Shown here one piece after another: positions 12,631-23,530 of a DNA stretch of 64,000 nucleotides. Below the pieces are notes generated by a model, which had not been told where the DNA came from, made no database searches, and worked only from the letters and a program-made list of their open reading frames with translations. Positions within the stretch are counted from its first letter, which is position 1. Each line of letters opens with the position of its first letter. Position numbers and translations under genes: made by a program. Source of the DNA: Utricularia gibba (taxonomy: Eukaryota > Plantae > Magnoliophyta); NCBI GenBank assembly GCA_002189035.1, contig NEEC01000009.1, positions 992,001-1,056,000 of the forward strand, given 5' to 3'.

Positions 12631-13161
12631 TGTTAGTGTTCTTGTTGGATGGAAGCAGCAGCCGGAAAATGTGATTTCTGGTGTTTTGAAAGCTGAATGG
12701 AGGAGGAGCTCCTTCCTTCCGGCAGCTGGGCACACGCTCGTTGACTGTTAGTTGCTTCAATTAAAAGTAATTACGTTTTATCTCAAATTAAAAAGTAGTT
12801 AATTATCTAAGGGAGAACCCACGGGGCCAATCATTTAGTTCCACGTCATCTCAATGATCGCGCTTTGTTATCGCCTGAACGAGGAACCCTACTCTTGAGG
12901 GAAAACCTGAATAAATTAGGGCGAAGGAATCTACAGCAAGAAGATAACTGAGGATCAAAAGGCAAAGGGGAAAAAAGTGAAACCGCGAAGTGGAAGCTAA
13001 TCCCGAAGTAGTTACCAGGAAACGATGAAGAGACCTTCCAAAATTAGGTGTGTGAAATAGTAAAAGTAAGTTCGATTTCAGCTTTCTTCTTCTGCTGCTG
13101 CTTCCTCAGCTGGGGAGGGGGAGGGATTTCAAGCCGTTTTTTCCTTGCCCCAGTTGAACCC

Positions 13162-14980
13162 ATGTTGGAAGATTCTGTTTTGTATGAGAATTCGAGCCTG
13201 GGTGCCGAGGGAGTAGCTGTTGCTGGCCCGGACGCGGTGATGGTTGAGCTGGGAAATGAATGTGGATTTGATGATGGTGAACGGAATTCATCTGGGAATC
13301 GGTGGCCGCAGGAAGAGACTTTGGCTTTACTCAAAATAAGGTCTGACATGGAAATGGCCTTTCGAGACTCTGCTCATAAAGCTCCTCTTTGGGACGAGGT
13401 TTCCAGGTGTCCTTTTCTCTTTAATTATCTTCGCCCTGCTTCAGTTACAGCTTTTCTCTTCTTTCTATTGGTAGTGCGGAGCAGTAAATCTTAAGTGAAG
13501 TTTGTTCTGCTTTACTTTACTGGTTGATGGTTTTGGGCAAAGTCGTTGATTTTGAGTGTAGTGAATGCTGCTTCATTTGGTTCTCAAGTTTATGCCCTCT
13601 GTTTCTTATTTGTCAGCTGTGTGTTTTGCTCTTTTTTCAAAAGAACTCACAGGAAAAACGCGTTCATGCATTGTGGTTGTCAGGGAACTAGCTGAGTTGG
13701 GGTATCATCGAAGTGCCAAGAAGTGCAAAGAGAAGTTTGAAAATGTATCCAAGTATCACAAGAGAACCAAAGAAGCCAGATCCAGTAGCCAGAAAGCTAG
13801 AAGCTACAGGTTTTTTGAGCAATTGGAGCTTTTGGATTCCAATTTCTGTATCCCGTCAGCTCCCATGAACCAAATCTCGTCCTACTCTATGGAAATGGTA
13901 CCGACCCCATCAACTACTGTCATGACCAAGGCTGTGAATTCTAGCCAGGAATTGAACTTACCTTGCACAGACAGACAGCATGATGCGGATTTCATGTTGG
14001 CCCCTACTTCAACGGAGCTCTCCTCTGAGGAATCGGAGGGAAGCGCTAAGAAGAAGCGGAAGCTGGTGGATTATTTTGAAAGGCTGATGAAGGATGTTTT
14101 AGAGAAGCAGGAGGAATTGCAGAACAAATTTCTTGAAGCCATAGAGAAATGTGAAAAGGAAAGGATAGCTAGAGAAGAAGCATGGAAAGTGCAGGAGATG
14201 GCAAGGATAAAGAGGGAAAAAGAGCTTTTCGCTCAAGAAAGAGCTATGGCTGCAGCCAAAGATGCAGCAATGCTCGCTTTCTTGCAAAAACTCACTCAGC
14301 AGACAATCCCTGTTCAGATGCCTGATATTCTCACCACCTTGTTTGATAAACCGTCAGAAAATCTAGGAAATGCTTTGGAAAAACATTCTGAATTCCAAGA
14401 GAATGTTGTTGGCGAATCTTCTACTCGCATAGAGAGACAAGATAACAGTGCAGGCGAGAGCACAATTCTGATGAGCTCCTCACGTTGGCCAAAGGCAGAG
14501 GTTGAAACATTGATCATGCTGAAAACTGATCTTGACTCAATGTATCATGACAATGGGCCGAAGGGGCCGCTTTGGGAAGAAATCTCCTCTTCCATGAGGA
14601 AACATGGATACGACCGGACTGCCAAGAGGTGCAAGGAGAAGTGGGAGAACATAAACAAATACTACAAGAGAGTAAAAGACAGCAACAAGAGACGGCCAGA
14701 GGATTCCAAAACATGCCCTTATTTCAACTTGCTAGACTCTATTTATGCTAACAAATCCAAGAAGCTAGAGTGCATTTCTGACAAGGGTGGCTCCAACATG
14801 AAGCCTGAACAGATACTGATGCAGATGATCGATCAGCAACCGCAGGCTTCATTGGGTGAATATGGAGAAAGTGATGCTCTTCACCAGGACGATGATGTAG
14901 AGGAGGAACAGGGTGACAACAGTGGAAGTGGCTACCAAATCATCGGCAATAACTTGTCATCAGTGACCAGTTTGAGCTGA
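13162..14980 (+). CDS. GT-2 clade trihelix transcription factor (two trihelix domains with a central coiled coil)
   Basis: RWPQEETLALLKIRSDM...LWDEVSR|ELAELGYHRSAKKCKEKFEN, central KQEELQNKFLEAIEKCEKERIAREEAWK, second domain RWPKAEVETLI...KRCKEKWENINKYY. One intron, about 13407-13684. Confidence 0.93.
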
Positions 14981-16011
14981 GAACTCCAATTCCACTCCCA
15001 GAGACAACACCCCAGTCTTGAGAGCCTCTCCTAAGTTTGGATCACTCCACTTCTGAGTTTGGATCATTTCATTTTGTTTGTTTGAAGAGTGTGCTTGTTT
15101 GTTTGTAGTACCAACCAGAGATCCTGCATTCTGTATCTAAGCCTGGAATAAGTGTCACCTTTCCTTGTATTCTATTCACATTTGTTTGGAAATTAGTTGC
15201 TATTTTCGAAATTTAAAAAATGAGGCAATTGTAATAAATACATTTTAAATTTCATTCATTATAAATACCTTAAATTTTAAGTTTTAAAATTGTAAAAAAC
15301 AAAAAGACATTCAAAACCGTGCAAAGATTTAAATAATTTTTAAAACTTTTAAAAAGTAAACCGGTTTATAATATCATGAAACAATTTTGATTTCACATTT
15401 AACAAAATTTTATGATAAGATTCTTCATATTCACATATAAAATTTGACGAATTGAAATCTTTTATTAAGGTTATATCATGACTCATAATTTTTGGAATTC
15501 GATGAGAATAATATCATTAGAAAAGAATAAATGAAAGTTATGAATACTATTTGCAACAATATACCATAATAACGGAATTATAGTTAAAATTAGTTAGTTT
15601 TGATAATATAAGAGATTGAATATGTAATTTTGTAAGTTTAGAAGTAAATTATTTAAAAAAAATTTAGAGGTTTATAATGTAATTTTGAAATTTGTAGATT
15701 AAATTATTAGTAATTGGGTATAATGGGGTGACGCACTCAAACTTGATCCTTTAAAAAATAGAAATATTATTACTAAAAAAGAATATGTTTTTTGTACGTT
15801 ACAAAAAATGTTTGAATAAGCTGAAATTTGCAATTTTTTTATAATTTAAAAATTCGAGGAGACACAATAATTGCACGTGGGTCACTGTCTGATTAACCTT
15901 GATTTAAATGCCCCCTCCCTCGCTATCGCACATTCCCCCATTTTTCTGCCCCTTGTTACTGACTCTGCTCCGGCGACCGCCGTTGCTGAACTTCTGACTC
16001 TGCCGTCTCCA

Positions 16012-16608
16012 ATGGCGGAGTACGACCGCGGAAATCAAAGCTACGGGGCTTCGGGCCACCACCACCACCACCACCATCACAACACGATCTCCAAAGAAAC
16101 TGCCCTTCAAGCTCTCAACACAATTATCCAACTTCATTTCGAGAAAACTCTGGAGAAAAAGAGAGCCGTCGATGTCCAGAAGAAGGAGCTCTGGAAACTC
16201 TTCCACCTCTTCTTCCTCTTCCTCGCCCTTATCTTCGTCGCCCAATCGCAGTCGCCGCGTCTGCAGTGTCGCCATTGCTGGGTCCCCATCGGTCTGATTT
16301 CCCTCGGGCACCTCATTTTCTATGTGTCCGTCGCCCAGACACTCCGATGCATCAATGGGTTTAAGTACCAGCGCCGATGTCATAAGCTCACTCTTGGCCT
16401 CGCCACTGAGCGCCTCCGGCAGCTAAAAATCCGACTGAGCAGCGGTGGCGCGTTGGAGGACATGGGAGAGGATCTGGAGATTCATTACCAGGAACCCCCG
16501 GATAGCTACTTTGGTAAGTTTAAGAGAAACTGGGCTATCCATTTTGGCTTCTTGATGTTGATTTATGGCTTCATGGTATCTTCTTCAGTAGTTCTTCTCT
16601 GTTTCTAG
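16012..16608 (+). CDS. Uncharacterised plant membrane protein with an N-terminal poly-His tract, intronless
   Basis: 198-aa ORF from ATG 16012 with three hydrophobic segments (LFHLFFLFLALIFVA, WVPIGLISLGHLIFYVSVA, WAIHFGFLMLIYGFMVSSSVVLLCF) and H8 near the N-terminus. G-box CACGTG at about 15874. Confidence 0.8.
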   Translation: MAEYDRGNQSYGASGHHHHHHHHNTISKETALQALNTIIQLHFEKTLEKKRAVDVQKKELWKLFHLFFLFLALIFVAQSQSPRLQCRHCWVPIGLISLGHLIFYVSVAQTLRCINGFKYQRRCHKLTLGLATERLRQLKIRLSSGGALEDMGEDLEIHYQEPPDSYFGKFKRNWAIHFGFLMLIYGFMVSSSVVLLCF

Positions 16609-16904
16609 TTCAGATTTTTTCCTCTGTAGTCTGTACTTTGTTTTCAATTAATTAATTCATAAGACAATGCCATTAACTGGAGAGAAGTTGTGATCGGCTG
16701 ATGGTTGGCAATTATTTTAGAAGGTGGGATAACTGAATGCAAAATAGTGGCTAAGTCTATGGATTAGGGAACAGGGTTGCTCTGCTTTCTGCAGAAATTT
16801 ATGGTGAATGGAAGAACAGAGCCCACCATGGAATCATCCCTGTGTATTTATAATCCCAGGACCACTCTATAAATAATGAAGCACTGGAGCAGGAGTTATC
16901 AGTT

Positions 16905-17732
16905 TCATTGGCTCCAGTTTGATGCTGTGGCCATGCCGGCATTCATGAGCAAGTTTGCAACCTTCATTGCCCCTGCATTGGACCCTAATACTCCCTTTTG
17001 ATATCCATCATCTTCCTTTGCGTTTATGATCGCCGGTGCAGTCTCACTGTTTCTCCCGTCGATGGAGTTGTTCTTTTGCTCGTTGCATCCCTTCTTGAAG
17101 GCCCGGCAAACCACCCAACCTTCTTCCTGCAATATGATCTTCATTCACTTCTTGATAGCGACATGGAAAGTTTGTGGATGCTAAGGTCTAGTTTAAGTTT
17201 ACTTGCCGGTGTCTGTGATGAAGCATTGCCACGAGATTGAAGTCTATACTCGTGCATGATCCACTCTGTTTTCTTTCCATTAGGTGCCCTCCCTGTGTAG
17301 AAAACAAGTGTTTTCCTCATCCCAATCAAGCTCCTTTTGTCATAAACTTCCTTGTCTCTTCCTGTGGCCTTCCAGAACCCAGTGATGGTGGCCCGATTCG
17401 TCCTCCTCCCTGTGGGACACTTTCTGCACTTGTAGTTGAAGAAGAACCACTCATGTTGCCTCTCGAGTCCAATAGCGCACTTATCTAGCAACATTGTATG
17501 CTGGTGTTTGAGCATTTGGATATGGCATATGACTACAGTTTAGAGCCAGTACCTTGAAGTTCCCATGGCTCCACTGTATAAAGATCAACCTCCCTGATAA
17601 CATCTAGATCGATCTTCTGGGAGCTCACCTTCTTCCTCAAATAATATCCCACGAGCTCTACATCTGTGGGATGAAACCGAAAACCGGGGGTACACCAGAT
17701 GCCCTGGTTTCTAGTGTTTGCAAGGGATCCAT
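16905..17732 (-). CDS. VND: VND1/2/3-like NAC transcription factor; 1-nt frameshift in exon 1 and a short C-terminus
   Basis: VPP(G)[85 protein letters not shown] at about 17777-17782; GC-AG intron 17127-17206; frame break at about 17684-17690. Confidence 0.85.
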
Positions 17733-18364
17733 CACATTACAAGTTTGTGACACACAAAGGAGTGGAAGGTCTTGCTTATATAGAGCAGGAGAAGAAGGGA
17801 GGATGCATATGAAGCTCAGCCACTACTGCAGAGGATGTGGGATCATGAGCCAACAACACAGACAAGCAATCATCATACTGTTGGATTGGATCCTCCATCT
17901 GTGATCTGTAAATGGCATTGCACAGCAAGTGCATCCATGGGAAAAGCCGAAAAGAGGAGTGACAACAAATCGAGCTGAGCACGCGCTCTCCGGAGAAGAG
18001 CATTTGCATAAGAAAAGAGAAGCTCAACAGGGCTCACTCTCCGCCTGCATAAGAAAAAGCCACTTTGATCGGGAAAGTAGACGGGCTGAAAGTGATTGGC
18101 AGGGATGGCTGCTTCAAAGAGATGCCTAGTTCTACTCCTCAAGTTTTATTAGAATAAAAATGGAACTCCTCACTTTGGAAGGAAACCAATGTCTCTTTGC
18201 TCTTCATTCCTGTTGCTGTGGTGCTTACACATTTTGCTCAATGAAATAGCTGTTTCACTCTGAAAACGCAGATGAAGTAAACTCCTCATGAATTTAGGGA
18301 AACTGAAGAAACCAACAGCATATCCCATCCAATGAATACAGGGAGGGCTGAGGCAAGATAGAAA

Positions 18365-19246
18365 TCAGATGCTGGAACCACCAAGAGCCATCACCTTGAA
18401 CTGCTCATTCATGGCCACAAGCTGCGCCTCTTTCGTGTCAAGTAAAGCTGTCAGTCGCACATTCTCTTCCACCAGTTTCTGTACCTCTGCTTCCTTCTGC
18501 ATCTTCTCATTTTCCAACTGAGCGTTTTTGGCTACCAGCCTGAGATATAGAAAGGTACATGATCAAGCCTTGGGACATGGCATATTCTGAATCAATACAT
18601 CAGTGTATCAAAATATTGCGTGCAAGAAGAAGATATCACGATGGGAAAGTTCACCATGACAACTTGATCATCTTTAGGCAACACATTTTGTGTGGTTTAG
18701 CAGCAGACATGTCATAAAGCAAGAGCAGTTTCATGATTCTGGTGAAATTTGTCCCTTCATTTAGCTTTAACTACCAGCTAAAGGCACACAAAGCAAATAC
18801 CCTCTTGTCTATTCGTCAATAAAGATGCAATCTTCATCTAGGAAATTATGACAGACAGATGCAGGAACAACAAAAGTGCCTAAAACCCAAACCGAAAGAA
18901 CTAAATTTTTTCGATCATTTTCACAATCAATCACCACAGCGACACGGAATGCAACTCAAGAAATAGGGCTTGTTACTACTACTAACCGTTCAAAGTTCTT
19001 CTCTATGGCCTGAAACTGCTTCTCGGATGAAATCAACGTTTCCCTTATACTGATGACACTGTTGACATAGGACTTCAACGATTCGAAGTCATGCTTGACG
19101 CGGTTGAGCTCCTCCTCATTCTCCGCGGCCCTTTGTCTCTGACGAGCACTTTCTTGAACCAAATTTTGAACCGTTTGCCTCATCTCGCTCAGAATACTGT
19201 TAGTTGCAATCGCGAGCTGCTCCATATCCTCCAAATTCAGAGACAT
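18365..19246 (-). CDS. Coiled-coil protein of unknown function (resembles the At4g36105/At2g17990/At5g66250 family, from recall); 5' end uncertain
   Basis: RQRQRAAENEEELNRVKHDFESLKSYVNSVISIRETLISSEKQFQAIEKNFER spliced (intron about 18540-18986) to LVAKNAQLENEKMQKEAEVQKLVEENVRLTALLDTKEAQLVAMNEQFKVMALGGSSI*. Confidence 0.8.
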
Positions 19247-20877
19247 AGATCTCAGCTTCGCTCCCGTTGCTGCACTCTTCTTGCCCTCTCTCCTTCCCCA
19301 GTCAAAACTCAACAGCCGCGGCTTTAACTGCGATAGGGACTACCAACAAAAAAAAAAGAACCACTCCTAATCAAATCTTTTTTAATTTTCACTTGTCATC
19401 TCTTTAGGGTTTTTTAAGTGGACCGCCTCAAATTTTGATCTTGCAAATCTCCATGTTATACTCTAGATCTTGGTCTTCCTTTCCCGTGAGTAAACCCAAG
19501 CTTCTCGTGTTTTGATAGGTAAACCATTGAAGCAACGGCACACCCATGGGATTTGGTGAAGGGAAAGTGCAAAAAAGGCGTTGCCTTTAGTCTTCATTGC
19601 AGAAAAAATGAGAGGGGCGAGATGGATTGAAGTTTTGGGTCCACTTCCCAAAGAAGATTGGTGGCCCTTGCTATCGTCCTAGTGTTTCCTCTTCACTTTT
19701 CTTCAACTTTGCTCCAACAATTATGCGCTAGTCATTCAATACTTTGGCTATAATTCAGCGCAAACTTCTTGTGATGATTGCATTGCTTGTTGGGTTCATG
19801 TCTGTTTGTTTTTGTGTATCAAAATCCCAACATTTTCTGATTCGGTGTAACCTGCACTGAAAGAAACTGGGGAGGCGTGTTGGGTTTCAAAGATGGTGCC
19901 TGTTGGCATTGAATGCTAAAAAGTTCCAGATTCACACATGGAGAGGCAGGGAAGCAATGTCTTGTGGCAGCTGAGATTTTCTGTTTGTGGATTGGCAGTC
20001 TCTTTCTGGGTATTAAGAAGTTGCAGAAAAGCAATGAAATTGATACACACACAGAGGACCAAATCTTGAAGATATTGAAAAAGAAGGGATGATTGCAATT
20101 TCCATACAGAGGGTTTGTACCATAACATGTGCAGTAGGAGAGGGGGAGATTTGAGTAGAAGCAATCAGTTAGAGTTCAAGGAAGGAAACTCACACACAGA
20201 CAACCAACCAACATATTCATGTGTTTATCCCTTGCATATATTCATATATGTATTACTGCTCTGTTTGAGAAACACTCAGAATGAAGGAATGAATGGGATG
20301 GTCCCTGGCTCTTGGTGCGTACTGTTCTAACATCTGCTAGCTTATATGCGTTTTGAAATTTGAATATGTTGTCCTCCCCAAGCTGTCATAGCAGCTACTA
20401 GCAAATGTGGTGCGTGCACTGTTTGATCATCTAATAATTTCCCTCGAGCTCTGGTCATCTCATTTCTATCAGCCTACAAGATGACTTAGCGATGCTCTTT
20501 TTATCTGCTGATGGGCTTGTTCTGAATGCTCCTCTCGAGCCAGACTCAGTCCACCACCGGCCACCGCCGTTAGCCAGCCGCCCATCGGCTGACATGATGG
20601 CTTGCTTGTCCGTTTGCAGAGAGATATGTATCTTTGATGTTCTAAGTGAACCCGAATTCTTCTGATGAAAATAGATCTTTTTTGTTGTGTAGTTGTTTAA
20701 AAAGTTTAGAGGGTTGTCGACATCAGCAGTCTTTCTCTCCCAGATATCTCTCTGATCGCAGAATCTCCGGTCCCATGTGCCCCACATCTCCTCCTCCTCC
20801 TCCTCTGTTTCGTCTTCTCTATATATTCAGTACAACCATCTTCGAAATCCCATTACCTGTTATTTTGGTTTTATTCT

Positions 20878-21790
20878 GTGGAACGCGCAAACCTGGCGGC
20901 GATTAACGACGACGGCGGCGGTGGAAAATCCGGGGCCGGATCAGTACTCTGCCGTCAGACGAGCACGAGGTGGACGCCCACGGCAGAGCAGATACGGATT
21001 CTCAAAGATCTTTATTACAACAATGGCGTGCGGTCACCGACGGCGGAGCAGATTCAGAGGATCTCAGCTAAGCTCCGGCAATACGGGAAGATCGAAGGTA
21101 AAAACGTCTTCTACTGGTTTCAGAACCACAAGGCTCGTGAGCGCCAGAAGAAACGCTTCACTTCCGTACTCCCTCATCCTCCTCATCCCCCGCATCCATC
21201 CCCCGATCAGCATCTCACCGTCGCCGCAAAGTTCAGCACACCCATTTCACCTTCAGGTTTAACCCCATTTTACAGTACCGCTCATCAACACAGAGCATCA
21301 TTGTTTGGTCTCAATTCCTTCACCCTTTCTACTTATAGGTGGATTTGGAGGTCCCTTGGCCATGGAGATGAAGTTTAGAGTAAGTATTCATCAACTCTCC
21401 AGAACTGCTAACTGATAATAAAAAAAAAAAAAAAAAAAAACAGACAACGTGATCCTCATTATTATATACATTCAGTGCATGTTCTTACTGTTGTACGTGA
21501 TAGGAGTTCGCTGTTACTCCCGGAAACGGCGGTGGCGTGTGTACTCCACAGAGCTTTGTATTTGACCCCTTTCCTCCGCGTACCATTCTTCTACGTGTGT
21601 AAAGTTTCCGATACGGGACGAAGAACCTGCGGCGAGTGAGTTTGAAACGCTGCCGTTGTTTCCGATCCGGGAAGAAATGGCGACGAAGCTAGGCCGTCAC
21701 GCCCGCGAGGTAAGTGTCGTCAGCGACGGCGCGTCTCTTGAACTCAGTTTGAACTCCTCCTTCCACGACACCGGAAACCGCCATGGCTAA
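20878..21790 (+). CDS. WUS: WUSCHEL homeodomain protein; apparent GTG start and a 1-nt frameshift in exon 3
   Basis: WUS-type homeodomain [31 protein letters not shown]...[18 protein letters not shown], small exon 2 [17 protein letters not shown] box ETLPLFP and EAR motif ASLELSLN in exon 3. Confidence 0.93.
21418..21440 (+). repeat. Poly-A tract in WUS intron 2
   Basis: Run of about 23 A. Confidence 0.8.
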
Positions 21791-23530
21791 GCTAACGAGA
21801 CAATGTAGTCCACGAAAGGACATTTGTTGTACGGTTTGCGTATTATTATTGGTTTTGATCAAAAGAAATTATTATTATTATTATTATTATATGTACATAA
21901 AAAAATCTTTTTTACATTGCAGTTTTATCAATTTTAAATTAAAATATATAAATTAAATATTATTTCATAATACATATAACATATCGACTCATTACCACAT
22001 AATACATTTAATCATCCAATCTTTCTCTCTCATACATTACATCCAATTTTTTACAAATAGAGTAGTCAATTTTATCATGCATTGAAAAGATAGTGACCAA
22101 TTTGTAATACACTTCAATGAATTATGTTATATCAGGGTCATTTATAAAAATGATTACCCTATTTTATATAATTTTTATATATATGATGACTATTTTTATC
22201 ATATATTCAGAATCAGTATGTCCAATGTGGCATAACTTTAGTTTCTGAAAAAAAGGGGGAAATCAACACCAGCATCGATTTGTGTGAAGTGGGATTTTAT
22301 GGGGATGCAATTGAGTAACTGAATGGCGGGGTTGGGCTCCCTCGAAAAGATGAGTCTGCTGTGACTGATTTTGAGCAGGTTGTGCAAATGGCAGTTTAGT
22401 CTCCAGAAGTATGTAATGATGAGGGCATGTCAATAGGCTCAGACAACAACATAGTAACAGACAAATTCATGCTTCCGGTCACATTCTTTTGTGCTCAACA
22501 GCACAGAGATGGACAGACAATCATCAAATAGGACACCAAGTTGAGGATGGAATGGGAATGGGTTGTTATGCATGTGGACAGAAGGGGGGTTTCCAACTTC
22601 CATAAAGAAATGGTGCGGGATCCATTCAAACTGTAAAGTATGTCGCCTTTACGCCTTGTTCTGGACAAAAAGGAGGCTTCCAGATTCAAAACGCACACCA
22701 AGACGTCCAAATCACAAAGATTTTGGTGTTCCCCTTTGCGGTTCAGATCTTTGATACTTTTGCAGTTTCAGGTACAGGGCACCCCATCTTATCTACAAAG
22801 AGAGTTTTTAGAACCAGAAGACCAGGATGGCAAATAAAGGACTTGGCAAAGTCATGCCAATATATACGAAAAATAATAAAACATTTGATTGTTTGTTTCT
22901 CTTTGTAGGTTAGTTAGAGCAGATAGCAGGCAAACAAAGGTCTTGGTTGCCAAATTCTCCTTTTGATACTTTGTTGCATCATCGGTCACGGAGAACATGA
23001 CTGGGAAAGAGAGAGGGAGAAAGATACCTTGGGCAAATCTTGATTTTAAATCAAGAACTCGCCAGCTTACTCCACCAAATCCGATGAAGCTGCAGACCAA
23101 GAAGAGTTGCTTCAAGTGCGTTGCATGAGGCCAATGCCAGGAAGAGTGGTAGCCCTTGCCAAACTGAAAGATGATTCAATAGACATTCAGAAGGAGCACC
23201 AAGTAAAATAAGTAAACAGAAAAAACTAAGACGAAATAATAAATTGTTTGCGGTTCGAGAACTAATGGAAGGGAAGGGAGGAACATTAGTCTGTTGGAAA
23301 CTAATATAAGATTCCCAAACTAAAGAGGCCATGGATGTTAATGGTCATCATTCCCATCACTGCGCGGCACACGAGAGCAACAAATTATTGATGTAATAAG
23401 CACTGGTAAAAAGGTCAATACCTGTAGCCATTACTGCATCGTGAGAAGTTCAGTACTCACGAGTTGATTCACTAATGCTAAATGACAAATGCTCCATATT
23501 TTCACGCCTCGTACATCAGAAGACAATGAC

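Noticed and set aside
15190-15860. AT-rich block as a transposon remnant
   Set aside because: Only compositional evidence; no defined termini.
20775-20906. ATG 20775 as the WUS start via a frameshift
   Set aside because: It lies upstream of the putative TATA, its peptide is not WUS-like, and one added base would not bring it into frame.
22560-22690. CYACGQKGG as a gag zinc knuckle, with a second GQKGGFQ copy
   Set aside because: Lacks the His and final Cys, is followed by a stop, and no other retroelement features are nearby.
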